A stretch of DNA of 64,000 nt, taken from NCBI GenBank assembly GCA_035353175.1, contig DAOPZC010000009.1, positions 27,304-91,303 of the forward strand, written 5' to 3'. How positions within the stretch are numbered: position 1 is the stretch's first letter; each line of letters opens with the position of its first letter. The position numbers and the translations under genes are program-made. Shown piece by piece: positions 40,001-48,272 of this stretch. Under the pieces are notes generated by a model that saw nothing but the letters and a program-made list of their open reading frames with translations, did not search any database and was not told where the DNA came from. The stretch comes from Kiritimatiellia bacterium (GTDB lineage Bacteria; Verrucomicrobiota; Kiritimatiellia; RFP12; UBA1067).

Positions 40001-41466
40001 TGTACGAGGTGTTCACGGGTGACCGTGCGGAGGCTGCGCTGACCAACAATGCGGTGGCGCTCTTCACGAACACGTTTGATGTCGCGCAGGCGAAAGCGGT
40101 GGCCACGGCTCCGATCAACGGCGCGTATGTGTACTCCGCCCGCCCGACGTTCAAGTGGACGGCTCCGGACGGATATCCGGCCTTCGCGATCGAAATCAAG
40201 AAGAACTCGTCCACCGGACTGACGGTCTACCAGTCGGGCGCGTTGCAGGTGCCGCCCCGGAATAACCTGGGCGAGTATGTCTGGGAGGCTCCGATCTATG
40301 CGGGGTCCCGCCTGCCCTACGGCACGAACAACGTGTTTGAAGTCAACAAGGTGTATGCGTGGCGCGTGATCGCGCTGAACGCCAAGTTCGCGAGCACCGC
40401 CGGCACGTGGTCGGACTGGAGGCTGTTCCGCCTCGACGTGAACACCCCGATGGCGTCTTCGGGATACGGGGCGGTCCGCGCCCGCGTCAAGTACTTCGGT
40501 CCTGCGGCCGACTTGTCCAACAAGATCAGGGTGCAGGCGTACCGCAACGCCGCCTTCGCGGGCGAGCCCGAGGCGGAGGTCTCGCTGACGGATGTGAACT
40601 CGCTGACGTCGGCGGTGACGCCCGTCGTGAACGCCCAGCTGAAAGGCCTGGCGGCGAGCGACACGGCCGGCAGCTACTATGTCCGCGCCTACATCGACCA
40701 CAACCAAAACAGCAAGCGCGACGTGTGGGAGTCGTGGGGTTATGCCTGCTACTACGGTGTGGCCGGCGATGCCTACGTGCCGCGGCCTGTGCAGGTGGCG
40801 TACGCGACGGATATTCCCGTGGTGGACATTGTGATCGAGGACGCCGACTCCGATCAGGACTGGTTCCCGGATGCTTGGGAGTATGAGCAGAACTCGTCCT
40901 TCCCCGATTTCCTGTCGCGCACGGGACCGGCGACCGGAACCTCGGGCATGGCGGAAGTCAATCCCACCTTGAGCGCCGTGGGCCTCAGCATGACCACGCT
41001 CTTCACGACGTTGGCTTCGGGCACAACGGATAAGGATGGCGACGGATTGGGCGATCTCGCCGAGCTGCTCTTGGGCACGGATGCCGCGTCCAGCTCGACG
41101 GCGAAGGATGGTTACGCCGACGGCGACAAGGTCGCATTGGGACTCTCGCCTGAGGATACGTTGCGCCTGAACGTCACGGGCCTCAACCTGGGTGCTGATC
41201 TGGTGCCGGTGGTCGAGTGGACGGTGGAAGTGCAGAAAGCGGACGGCACGGACAGCAACACGCTGGGCCTGTTGTCCTCGACGGCGCCGGGGAGCACGGT
41301 CTCCTACCAGGTGCTCTACACGCCGTCCCTCGAGAACCCGAATTGGCAACCCGTCCAGAGCGGTACGGTGTCGCTGTCTGGCGTGCAGAGTCTGCAGGAT
41401 AAGATCACTGCTGTCACTCAGATCGATCCGTCCCTGGGCTTCTTCCGTGTGAAGCTGCTTAAATAG
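31063..41466 (+). CDS. Giant secreted adhesin-like protein (3467 aa): at least four tandem roughly 300-aa beta-sandwich/PKD-like modules, thrombospondin-type-3-like Ca-binding repeats, LamG domain, conserved C-terminal domain
   Basis: Signal peptide (LAFPLVACGFLWTGASAWA|QLG). Strong RBS acaggagaatacgcATG. The motif FSVPDGTVLSE..GIEIVP.VTN recurs in successive modules. Many DxDxDG Ca-binding motifs (DTDGDGFPDGWE, DLDNDGITDYEE, DSDNDGMCDGWE, DADGDGIINGEE). LamG-like region (WHIAAKMDGSAGLFKLFVNGN). Confidence 0.85.
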   Translation: MKTSCMKNVLKKLAFPLVACGFLWTGASAWAQLGDIVSIFSDQPNFTYSASGDQVEIKIKLDGGILKNGIFSKRAVTGTTPSEYFPPELRLVVNGKAAWAPLSRLNAYQVAAGNPHYRTEAVFTYTIKPGDMATPLRIFGSAGSSGSGAAFQFYMNNWEIYNTVTTSNAVWRLNMANTGLEPGVTDYYDVDFSGANVKLRTLEFDEVRSPITVAATESTSWRVSSVNPVAPSNVVDCVVWTPSNVVQIGTVAGQSALPVNIPGGATYVDFPVKGLVEGETEIYLQRAQDYANNATVGVTNYIKRKITVTTAPAPTVSIRMTSSGTDSATLSESAAANTGALIVDISQAFSNDVYVSLSTLPSGQSNLTFAAALPVVTIPAGSTSSSEVRFSVPDGTVLSESAGIEIVPSVTNTAAQSFYSRMKSGYVYVANVTPEIVSPQTNETFTVSQNTAYPFTWSVRDVNADKLSGMTVTWKFGTDPATNVTGATGTILHTFPITPAAKVYKVEITATDKDGDQSETTAIYVTATPPTPSPSVRVIPSASYFETTTNNTGSLMVVLSEAYSENVYVKLSTDPAVQNNLILSTTNAIRILKGELTNAIPVTFSVPDGTVLSEQYGIEIVPTVTNASAAAYYTDLVSALVTVKNNRPVVGSPVAGSSVGPIPATVPYTFNYTVKDVTADLSTMIVNWRFTEGGPIYTVTGAVGSVAYTYMSQGTNTVWMQAVDKDGGVSDEVQFTVYVGQAPGVEIITPAGELSETANAGIPDQIYVRLTTPYTYATTVTLNVTPANSTGNGTLTLSAYTVVIPAGQIEAKINISNVKDGTDISRNTGFMITPVVGAQNNADAFFSNNMPGYVYIRNEKPEINTPEDTDTTAETVVYTVAQGTAWTYYWDITDVALDSTSTVGTGMKVTWYFGDGEVSPALWGRSGSVSHTYTAIGDLIVRMVAEDKDGGRDQASFKIRVAPAKAVNVTPVGPVRAGAYAGAQGLGNGIIRSYDAVNRAIEQNVFFFKYNPSVTSADLVAEPYKTSKNVAGDIVPYTLTNYITRVSGIPNVSAFGTPNGSVEFDSFFYVWVGADQGLPAEAVVPLASPVTSVTLPASTTDAATTGSSSSSVEIRLVQAVFSREYRATDNIGDINNDGIPDPLAILYGFPTLLGTDLTSAKDYNADLDYLPGAASDGGGLIGGNLTTWAAVGRPFTAFLEIRGYHEGLNNKDYGSDDDFGPGEEEVTAYDMSPERPTDPTKLDTDGDGFPDGWEYYFWYNAVVNHLTGRRYNPNDIASGQLLDWPEIYAKFDPITPATDAFDTRDLDNDGITDYEELVSGTNPINWDSDNDGMCDGWEILRGLNPTEPRDATDAGMNNLDGDYMAYGTVQGDYVPVVLDGATNYYLRVSTVNDPLPAYYTWFNYGASNAPIALGRPVDLPVGAAVDEEGVTSLDVLVLHFQAYQVLGFDPRTAWTRSVNPAQFPNRFMSYLAGNAPNTKAFTTLDEYLLMKFMSENRVNGAGATIGAGNAENKTREWSAFSTNPLTPDSDANATKDDGMPDGWELYVACAPGSRVFAISPWNPDDGRDNNDENINPVLNNRREFAGTDSCAAYTNAALYASGPGRVTIVRPGTDTAWLNKFWPTDPWNADTDGDALEDGVESATQVPVAFLMDGSWWTVGDTTLQYGLGVDNGKGCIRGAGLNPCTMDTDWDALTDSWEYDHAGTNALSGVTGRRFIDDGMDGTHGPANETAYSIGDAYTAYDMYVTGSGAVNRNMDYDRDGLENYQEYWVQAVRHFRYDYTADFAAMDGSDGPSVFFTPITNPWDLAVYSYWWLPFAVTQEMLLPVGAGYFVSTDPREPDTDFDGMDDYYEMFHGLNPILGDTTHAYGDRVARAYLNTIDYGSDDPGNDWGTGLPMDFQQYPWLAGMDEADPDADGLRNLEEQIQPDTAAASCSNTDPTPMWMTDLSSTNSLTARFYGWGGEFFWPGALTLDEDYKMYSFEMNEGYDTDNDGVSDKAEKVQAATALSDPQDQDDPLRRQAMWFDGVQSAAQTLTGYSYNEWAFRSFTVELWVRPEDVSRDQVLIERPIVYGASDLSTTSDVVRVNFRLGIAADGRVYGLFQNAGGQDAQTGVVEAYGRKLSAGVWWHIAAKMDGSAGLFKLFVNGNTELSVPTTQIPANGVLNILSDPDSAQYPTPYRITLNPGLVVLGASNLNPFPSEPASWGNYTNFYAGYIDEVRVWDGARTDNEILEGYTKRFTRDDVDLNREEIQAALAEGGSRVAGSAVSLPAELIYHYTFDNLYSSDVTNTVTRVPRGFNYWTAATNRPSGYLVGWWSELATHSQVYSDYGYVPWIENSVEHLPMTNGVVRNSVYWSNVLAGEIPTDPSAHGLTQYSFPNTGNPYGLRYNTSLQGFSTESVGEKIGSDLLPLGNAWAKQISEMWDDGTPSGVWAETGTDEDADGLADWWENLHGLDPASSAGANGWYGDADGDGIINGEEYLRDIANGWRDGDTIVSGPTGLVQTADVDNDGLPDWWENIFNLKTNDGGGDNGALGDPDLDGLSNFAEYLLAEELAFNPALRPNQFRSSAEQKVSDYFLKEGKLYYGQMMADHDFMEDDWEGTFAQKYVSRFVYDPHLDNDDDGWSNWSECRYSKSAVNVLADSVMTTEALGNMKYEFPIPLIETTLRYGGVQSDGNIILNAYSSAEMDGLPDAVFKMPFGKNTTASAKTLALGYWENRLATGVMSPGSIQPGTISFKFTDMWTGISSGTGFDFDGILYGGSVTGNMRKVGTVNYLTGEFTFDMREYEGTIILLSDEIESREDYIDCEISYIEMSYSVKLVDGWPKKLYLSRADTGAIREGLNYLFAFVDLDNNGIWNAGEPCGVSDGNGVDIGYDRVELDLELTDYTSGYLRMSLSSGRRSEDVYFGYGQAGGGLSGGLANRVRVQRKSVDGKAAKKVVFDKVIDSDRTYVHEGDLFDQGLLALDWGMSDVSTSWDRTTVVYEVFTGDRAEAALTNNAVALFTNTFDVAQAKAVATAPINGAYVYSARPTFKWTAPDGYPAFAIEIKKNSSTGLTVYQSGALQVPPRNNLGEYVWEAPIYAGSRLPYGTNNVFEVNKVYAWRVIALNAKFASTAGTWSDWRLFRLDVNTPMASSGYGAVRARVKYFGPAADLSNKIRVQAYRNAAFAGEPEAEVSLTDVNSLTSAVTPVVNAQLKGLAASDTAGSYYVRAYIDHNQNSKRDVWESWGYACYYGVAGDAYVPRPVQVAYATDIPVVDIVIEDADSDQDWFPDAWEYEQNSSFPDFLSRTGPATGTSGMAEVNPTLSAVGLSMTTLFTTLASGTTDKDGDGLGDLAELLLGTDAASSSTAKDGYADGDKVALGLSPEDTLRLNVTGLNLGADLVPVVEWTVEVQKADGTDSNTLGLLSSTAPGSTVSYQVLYTPSLENPNWQPVQSGTVSLSGVQSLQDKITAVTQIDPSLGFFRVKLLK

Positions 41467-41628
41467 GAAACTAGATCAAGGTTGCGGTGAAGGACATGAA
41501 GATGGCGGACCGTTAAACGGGGTCTCTCTTAATGTCCTTCACCCGGACCTCATGCGGTCAAGGGCGATGGGGTCATGGAGGCGGAACCTGCTGGAGCGAA
41601 CCGTGAACAGGAGTTGAAGGTGCTGAGA

Positions 41629-44600
41629 ATGACACGGTTGATAGAACATCTGCATGGGCGTCTGGCGGTTGTGGCCTGGCTCTCTTTAGCGGCGTTGTCC
41701 GCTTCTGCTTTTCGCTCGGAGGAGCGGACGGACACACCGGGCGGAGCCTCGGGTGCGCGAGCGCTTCAAGCACCGGTCTCCCGCGATCGGACGGCAGCCC
41801 AGACACAGGCGGCTGAAGCGGCGCTTCAGGCCGGCTTTGAGATTGCGTGGCACGAACGGTTGGGAACGCCCTTGTCCGTACGGGCCGCGGATCTCGGCAA
41901 ACGGCAGGTGTTCTCTGGCGGCAAGGGTCTGACGCTCCGGAAAGGCGGCGCTTTTGCGGAAGATGCCGTGGCGGTGCTCGACAGCCTCTCGCCCCTCTAT
42001 GAAATCAAGGATGCGGCGGCCGAGTTCGCGCTCGAAAAGGTTCTGCCGGATGCCAAGGGCTTCCACCATGTCCGGCTGTCTCAGCGGTATGGCGGATTGC
42101 GCGTGGTCGGCGGCGGGCTGATCGTCCACTTCGACAACGCGGATGTCGCGTATGAGGTGAACGGGCAGTTCATTCCCGATATCGCGGTGTCGACCACGGC
42201 AACGGTGTCCGCGTCCGCGGCGATCAAGATCGCGCAGGCCAAGCAGAGCGAGGTCACGGGAAGCCAGGGCGAACTTGAGGCGCGTCCCGAGCTGGTGGTG
42301 TTTGCCCGAAACTCCGCGCCCCGGCTGGCCCATGAGCTGACGTTGCTCGTGCGTGAAAACCGGCAGGTGACGGGGCGCTGGCGCTACTGGGTGGACGCGC
42401 AGCAAGGGACGATCCTTTCTTATCATAATGACATCAAGCGGATCGATGCGCCGGCGCAGGGTGAGCTGGCGCCCGTGACGGGCAGCGTACTGCAGCGTGA
42501 GGGCGGCGCGGCCAAAGAGATCATCGGCTGGCGCGAGGAGACCGGCGACTATTACCTGTACAATACGAATCTGCACTGGTGCATCCTCAATGCGGCGGCG
42601 TCAGGGTGGAGCGACGCCGGCACCTACGCCTACCGCGCTACCAACGAATGGGGCACCTCGGACCGCGCGGAGATTTCGGCCGCAAACAATTTCGACCTGA
42701 TCCAGAAATATTTTCGCGACGTCCACGCGATCAACAGCTATGACGGAGAAGGCGCCGATGCGAACGTGTTTGTGCATCTCGGCAACAACTATGCCAACGC
42801 CTACTGGAACGGCGTCGCCATGTTTATCGGCGACGGCGACGGTAAGACGGCGGACAGCCTGGCCGTACTCGACGTGTGCGCCCACGAATATTCCCACGCG
42901 GTGACGGAGCGCGCCTGCAACCTCGTGTACGCTTACGAGTCGGGCGCGCTGAACGAATCCTTTTCCGACATCTTCGGCGTTTGCGTCGAGTTTCACGCCC
43001 AGGCGGATGACCGCACAAACTATCCCGCCGCCAGCCCCGGCAAGGCGGACTGGCTGATGGGCGAGGATTGTTGGCGTTCCTCGCCGGCCTTGCGCGATAT
43101 GCGGAATCCGGCCAACACCGTGACGGTCGGCGCGGGCGGCGAGCAGCCGACGCGATACAAAGGCACGTATTGGTATAGCGGGGCGGGGGATAACGGCGGC
43201 GTTCACCAGAACTCGGGCGTGCAGAATTTTTTCTTCTATCTGCTGTGTGAGGGCGGCTCCGGCACGAATGATTCCGTGTCTTTCGGGTACGATGTGACGG
43301 GCATCGGCATCACCAACGCCGAACAGGTGGCGTACCGGGCGCTGTCCGTTTACTTTACCGAGGACACCGACTATTACGGGGCGCGCCAAGCGTGGATTTC
43401 GGCCGCGTTGGATCTGAACAAGATGTGGGTCCTGAGCGTGCGGCAGGCTTGGAACGCCGTTTTGGGGCTGCCGCCGCCGCTGCCGCTTTCGATCGCTTCG
43501 CCCGGCACGTTGCCGACCGGACGGGTGGGTTCGACGTACAGCACCACGCTGCTGGCGGCCAACGGCCTTTCGCCGTATGTCTGGCAGCTGCAGCCGGAAG
43601 CGCCGCTGCAAGCGGGACTCACTTTCGACACTGCGACCGGCCGCATCTCGGGGTTGCCGGAAGCGGCGGGCGAGGTTTCCTTCGCGGCGATTGTGACGGA
43701 CCTGACCGGCGTGTCCGCCACCAACCAGTTCAGCCTGACGATTCTGCCGCCGTTCACCGCGCCGTTCCGCGAAACGTTCGAGTCCGGCGCCGGACAGTTG
43801 TCGAGCGGCTGGATGCAGGAGTTTGTCTCCAACGCGGTGCCGTGGACTTACGTGAACGGGAACGGTGAGACCGTCCGCAACCCGGCCGCGGCCCACAGAG
43901 GCACGAGCAACGCGTGTCTGCGGGTGACGCTCGCTTCGCAGAGCAATGGCAAGACGCTCCTGGTCTCTCCGCGCATCGTTTTCGCCGAGCCGTCAAGCCA
44001 TGCGCAGGTGAGCTTCTGGCACTACATGGCCGAGAAGGACAACATTTTCCAGGACGAACTCAGGGTTTATTACAAGACCGCGTACACGGGCGAGTGGCAA
44101 CCGCTGGCGACCTATACGCAGTCCGTCAACATCTGGACCCGCCGCACCGTGAGTTTGCCGGAGCCGAGCGCGACCTACTACATCGCGTTCGGTGGTTCGG
44201 CCAAACTCGGTTACGGCGTGCATGTCGATGACGTGGAGGTGGTGGACGCATATGTGCCGTTCGCCATCGTGGCGCCCGAGACACTGCCGAACGCGGAGTT
44301 GAGGGAGCCCTACAGCTTTGCTCTGTCTGCGCAGGGCGGCATTGAACCCTATACCTACGAGCTGGCCGGCGGCACGGCGTTGCCGGTCGGCCTGACGCTC
44401 GGCACGAACGGCGTGATCAGCGGCACCGCAACCAATGTGGCCGACCTCGGCGCCCACAGTTTCTCCGTGCTGCTGACGGACGGGCAGAGCAATGCCGTGA
44501 CCATGGCGTTCTCGCTGACGGTGGATTTGCCGCGCGTCGAGTTGTTTGTCGAGAACTTCGATAACGGCGGCGCGATGCCGAGCGATTGGAGCCAGGTATT

Positions 44601-46179
44601 TCTGACGAATGGCATCGCGTGGGCCTGCCGCGGCGGCGGCGGCAACGGCGACACCTTCAATCAGCCGACCAACGCCTATGATGGTCTTTATAACGCGGTG
44701 CTGTGGGCCGACAATTATTCCAACAATGTGTCCCGGCTTGTGTCCCCCGCGATCAACCTCGGGGCCGCGCCCGTGAATCTCCAGCTCGATTTCTGGCACT
44801 GCATGACCAAACTGGTGACCCAGCAGGACGAGCTGCGTGTCTACTATAAAACCTCGGCGTCCGGCGCATGGACACAGCTTGCAAGCTTTACCAGCAATGT
44901 GACGTCGTGGACGCGGCGGGTGCTGCCGTTGTCCGTTCCCGCCACCACCACGTTCTATTTGGCCTTTGAAGGAACCGCCCGCTTCGGTCAGGGCGTGTGC
45001 GTCGATGCGGTCCGGATCACGGACGCGTCGCTCGAACCGATCATCATGACCACGTCGCCCCTGCCGGACGGCACGGTCGGCAGCGATTACAGCCACACGC
45101 TGCAGGCGTTGGGCGGCGTCGCGCCCTACACGTGGGACCTGGTCTCTGGGGCTGTGCCCTCTGGACTGGTCTTCAGCGCCGGGGGGGTGTTGAGCGGCAT
45201 GCCGGAAGTCAAGGCGGACGTGACGCTGGGCGTGCGGGTGACGGATTCGGCCGGCTACGCGGCGACCCGTCTCTTGTCGCTCCACGTGTCGAATATCCAG
45301 CGCTTGCCGTACACGCAGACGTTCGAGGGACGGTCACAATTGCCGGCGGGGTGGTCGCAGGAAGGCAGCTCGGTGAATTGGACGATTTATAAGGGAAGCA
45401 GCTTGGGTGTTCCGGCGGTCGCGCACAGCGGCACCAACAATGCGCTTCTTGTGAAACTGAACAACACCACGTCCAGGACGAAGTTGGTGATGCCGACGCT
45501 GAACATGGGCGGCGTGACGAACGCGCAGCTTTCCTTCTGGCTCTGTATGGCCAAGAAGACCTATCAGGACGAATTGACTGTCTACTACAAAACCAACGCC
45601 GCCGACACGGCGTGGACCTCCATCACAAACTTCAACCAGTCGATCACGACGTGGACGAAGTTCGTGCTGGATCTGCCCAACGCGTCCCCAACCTATATCA
45701 TCGCTTTCGAAGGCGCAGTGAGGTTCGGCTACGGCGTTTGCGTCGACGACGTGTCTGTGACGGGCGATTATGCGGCGTCGGCGTATGACCTTTGGAAGGC
45801 CGATGTCTTCGGCACGGACGCGTTGAACGAGGCGATCGCCGGAGATTTGGCCGACCCGGACGACGATGGCATCGTGAACTGGCTCGAATTCGCCATGGCG
45901 CTGAATCCCTTGGTCAAGGATGCTGGGAGTGCGATGACGGGCGGCGTGACGGCCGGCTACTTGACGCTGTCGCACCGCGAGAACCCGGACGCTTCGGACA
46001 TCCTTTTCGAGGTGGAGGCGTGCAGCGACCTGACCTTACAGGACTGGACCACGGTGGATGTCACCGAGATGTTGCGCGAATACACCAACACGTGGTATTG
46101 GGTCACGACCCGCCACGACGTGCCGGTCACAAATGCGCCGCAGCGCTTCCTGCGGCTCAAGGTCACGATGCCCGAATGA
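41629..46179 (+). CDS. Secreted M4-family (thermolysin-like) zinc metalloprotease with Ig-like domains and three MAM-like domains
   Basis: Start taken at MTRLIEHL..., the signal peptide (the ORF begins at 41575). Zinc motif HEYSHAV plus downstream ESFSDIFG (HExxH...ExxxD of M4). A module of type ...QVSFWHYMA....QDELRVYYKT...W is repeated three times. C-terminal domain related to the C-terminus of the upstream giant protein. Confidence 0.8.
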   Translation: MTRLIEHLHGRLAVVAWLSLAALSASAFRSEERTDTPGGASGARALQAPVSRDRTAAQTQAAEAALQAGFEIAWHERLGTPLSVRAADLGKRQVFSGGKGLTLRKGGAFAEDAVAVLDSLSPLYEIKDAAAEFALEKVLPDAKGFHHVRLSQRYGGLRVVGGGLIVHFDNADVAYEVNGQFIPDIAVSTTATVSASAAIKIAQAKQSEVTGSQGELEARPELVVFARNSAPRLAHELTLLVRENRQVTGRWRYWVDAQQGTILSYHNDIKRIDAPAQGELAPVTGSVLQREGGAAKEIIGWREETGDYYLYNTNLHWCILNAAASGWSDAGTYAYRATNEWGTSDRAEISAANNFDLIQKYFRDVHAINSYDGEGADANVFVHLGNNYANAYWNGVAMFIGDGDGKTADSLAVLDVCAHEYSHAVTERACNLVYAYESGALNESFSDIFGVCVEFHAQADDRTNYPAASPGKADWLMGEDCWRSSPALRDMRNPANTVTVGAGGEQPTRYKGTYWYSGAGDNGGVHQNSGVQNFFFYLLCEGGSGTNDSVSFGYDVTGIGITNAEQVAYRALSVYFTEDTDYYGARQAWISAALDLNKMWVLSVRQAWNAVLGLPPPLPLSIASPGTLPTGRVGSTYSTTLLAANGLSPYVWQLQPEAPLQAGLTFDTATGRISGLPEAAGEVSFAAIVTDLTGVSATNQFSLTILPPFTAPFRETFESGAGQLSSGWMQEFVSNAVPWTYVNGNGETVRNPAAAHRGTSNACLRVTLASQSNGKTLLVSPRIVFAEPSSHAQVSFWHYMAEKDNIFQDELRVYYKTAYTGEWQPLATYTQSVNIWTRRTVSLPEPSATYYIAFGGSAKLGYGVHVDDVEVVDAYVPFAIVAPETLPNAELREPYSFALSAQGGIEPYTYELAGGTALPVGLTLGTNGVISGTATNVADLGAHSFSVLLTDGQSNAVTMAFSLTVDLPRVELFVENFDNGGAMPSDWSQVFLTNGIAWACRGGGGNGDTFNQPTNAYDGLYNAVLWADNYSNNVSRLVSPAINLGAAPVNLQLDFWHCMTKLVTQQDELRVYYKTSASGAWTQLASFTSNVTSWTRRVLPLSVPATTTFYLAFEGTARFGQGVCVDAVRITDASLEPIIMTTSPLPDGTVGSDYSHTLQALGGVAPYTWDLVSGAVPSGLVFSAGGVLSGMPEVKADVTLGVRVTDSAGYAATRLLSLHVSNIQRLPYTQTFEGRSQLPAGWSQEGSSVNWTIYKGSSLGVPAVAHSGTNNALLVKLNNTTSRTKLVMPTLNMGGVTNAQLSFWLCMAKKTYQDELTVYYKTNAADTAWTSITNFNQSITTWTKFVLDLPNASPTYIIAFEGAVRFGYGVCVDDVSVTGDYAASAYDLWKADVFGTDALNEAIAGDLADPDDDGIVNWLEFAMALNPLVKDAGSAMTGGVTAGYLTLSHRENPDASDILFEVEACSDLTLQDWTTVDVTEMLREYTNTWYWVTTRHDVPVTNAPQRFLRLKVTMPE

Positions 46180-46206
46180 GCCGATCGGCGTGTCTCGCCT
46201 CGCGGA

Positions 46207-47307
46207 TCAGATCACGTGCGGCGTCCGCGTGAGCACTTCGCCGCCGCCGCGCGTCACCAGCACCACGTCTTCGATGCGGATCCCCAATTTTCCGGGCAGG
46301 TAGATGCCCGGCTCGACGGTGAGCACCATGCCCGGCCTGAGCACGGTCTTGCAGGCCGTTGAGAAGCTGGGCGACTCATGGACTTCCAGGCCCAGGCCGT
46401 GGCCGAGGCTGTGGCCGAAGAATCGGCCGTATCCCGCCTTCTCGATGTGCCCGCGCGCCACGGCGTCGACCTCGCAACACATGACCCCGGGCCGGATGCT
46501 CCGGACCGCCTTGAGATTGGCTTCGCGGACGATGGCGAAGATCTCGCGGTAGAGCGCCGTGGGCGTGCCGAAGACGGCGCAGCGGGTCATGTCCGCGCAG
46601 TAGCGGTCCAGCTTGAGGCCGAGGTCCACCAGCAGCGGCTGACCCCGCCGGAGTGGGGTGTCGTCTGGTTCATGGTGGCATTCCGCGGCGTTGCGCCCCG
46701 CGCACGCGATCGTGTCGAAGGCCTCGCCTTGGCCAAGCCGGTCGGCCTCGCGCCGGACCAGGCTGCGGATAGCCCACTCGCTCATGCCGGGCGCGACCTG
46801 CCGCATCACATTGGCGAAGAGCGCGTCGTTGGCCGTGATGGCGGCCCGCAGCGCCCCCTGCTCGGCCCGCGATTTAACGGCCCGCAGGTCGGCCACCGCG
46901 TCGCTGACGTCCACCCATTCGGCGTCGGGCAGAGCCGCTTTCAGACGCAGGAAACGCGCCGCGCAGAGGGCTCCCTCATAGCCGATCCGGCGCCATCCCG
47001 AGCCCATGCCGGACAAGACCAGCGGCTCTTCGGAGGGGCGCCACAGGGTATGGCTGGGAAGCCAGGGCGCCAGGCGTTTCGCCATGGTGAGATAGCGGAA
47101 ATCGGTGAAGAAAGCCGGGGCGTCCGCAGCCACGGTCAGCAACACGCCGTTCGAGGTCAAAAGACCGGTGAAGTAGTAGCGGTTGACCTCGCTGATGAGG
47201 AGCACGGCGTCGAGCCGCAGGCGCCTCTGGCAAACCAGCAACCGTTTGACGCGGGCTTGGAATTCGGGGGCGGGCAGATCGTGTGCGGGACGGCTAGGTG
47301 TGTTCAT
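46207..47307 (-). CDS. M24-family metallopeptidase (Xaa-Pro aminopeptidase/dipeptidase)
   Basis: 366 aa. M24 metal-ligand region (HGLGHGLGLEVHE, TVEPGIY, IEDVVLV) in a pita-bread fold. Confidence 0.8.
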   Translation of the reverse strand: MNTPSRPAHDLPAPEFQARVKRLLVCQRRLRLDAVLLISEVNRYYFTGLLTSNGVLLTVAADAPAFFTDFRYLTMAKRLAPWLPSHTLWRPSEEPLVLSGMGSGWRRIGYEGALCAARFLRLKAALPDAEWVDVSDAVADLRAVKSRAEQGALRAAITANDALFANVMRQVAPGMSEWAIRSLVRREADRLGQGEAFDTIACAGRNAAECHHEPDDTPLRRGQPLLVDLGLKLDRYCADMTRCAVFGTPTALYREIFAIVREANLKAVRSIRPGVMCCEVDAVARGHIEKAGYGRFFGHSLGHGLGLEVHESPSFSTACKTVLRPGMVLTVEPGIYLPGKLGIRIEDVVLVTRGGGEVLTRTPHVI

Positions 47308-47344
47308 AGAACTTCCGATGCGCCCGGTTGCGCCGGTCCTTGTT

Positions 47345-48253
47345 TCAGCCGGGGCGGATCACCGGCTGGGGCGTCTGGTTGTAGACCTTCGAGCCGGGCG
47401 GCACGGAATGGATGAGCCAGACGTTGCCGCCGATGACGGAATCGTGGCCGATCACGGTGTCGCCGCCGAGGATCGTCGCTCCCGCGTAGATCACCACGTT
47501 GTCCTCCACGTCGGGGTGGCGCTTGGTGCCTTTGACCAACGCGCCGCTGGCGTCCTTGGCGAAACTCAGCGCGCCGAGCGTGACGCCCTGGTACAGCTTC
47601 ACGCGCTTCCCGATCCGGCACGTCTCGCCGATCACCACGCCGGTGCCGTGGTCGATGAAGAAGCCGGGGCCGATGGTGGCGCCGGGGTGGATGTCGATGC
47701 CGGTCCTCGAATGCGCGTGCTCGCTCATCACGCGGGGGATGAGCGGGACGCCCTGAGCGTAGAGCGCGTGGGCGATGCGGTGGATGGTGATCGCATAGAG
47801 CCCGGGGTAGCTCATGACGATCTCCATGGTGGACATGGCGGCGGGATCGCCCTCGTAGGCGGCCTGGATATCCTGCTGGAGCATGTCGCGGATGGCGGGC
47901 AGTCCGTTCAGCAGGGCTGCGACCGCCTTCTGCGCCTTCTGCGCGCAGTCGTTGCAGTCGTCGCATTTAGAACGGCGGCAGGCGTACTCGAAGGCGCGGT
48001 GCGTCTGGTCGCGCAGCTTGAGCGCGATGTCGCGCAGCGTGTCCTGCAGGTGGTTGTGGCAGGTTTCGTGGGCGACGGGGGCTTGGCCGTGACAGCCGGG
48101 GTAGAGCACGGCCAGCAGCTTCTCCAGCACGGCGATGACCGCGCCAGTGCCGGGCAGGTTGACGTCCCGCTCGGTGTTGGCGACCGGGCAGTTCTTGCAG
48201 GGCGAGAGCGCCTCGGTGAGGGCGCTCAGGTTCTCTTCGAGCCATTTCTCCAT
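47345..48253 (-). CDS. cysE: Serine O-acetyltransferase (long-form CysE)
   Basis: 302 aa. Hexapeptide-repeat left-handed beta-helix ([40 protein letters not shown]). N-terminal SATase helical domain. Confidence 0.8.
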   Translation of the reverse strand: MEKWLEENLSALTEALSPCKNCPVANTERDVNLPGTGAVIAVLEKLLAVLYPGCHGQAPVAHETCHNHLQDTLRDIALKLRDQTHRAFEYACRRSKCDDCNDCAQKAQKAVAALLNGLPAIRDMLQQDIQAAYEGDPAAMSTMEIVMSYPGLYAITIHRIAHALYAQGVPLIPRVMSEHAHSRTGIDIHPGATIGPGFFIDHGTGVVIGETCRIGKRVKLYQGVTLGALSFAKDASGALVKGTKRHPDVEDNVVIYAGATILGGDTVIGHDSVIGGNVWLIHSVPPGSKVYNQTPQPVIRPG

Positions 48254-48272
48254 GGGGGGATCCTTCCGGTTG

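Noticed and set aside
33601-41349. Long minus-strand ORFs (929 aa and 1638 aa) antisense to the 3467-aa adhesin gene
   Set aside because: No recognisable domains and a biased R/A/G/V composition. The plus-strand frame encodes coherent repeated domains and a signal peptide.
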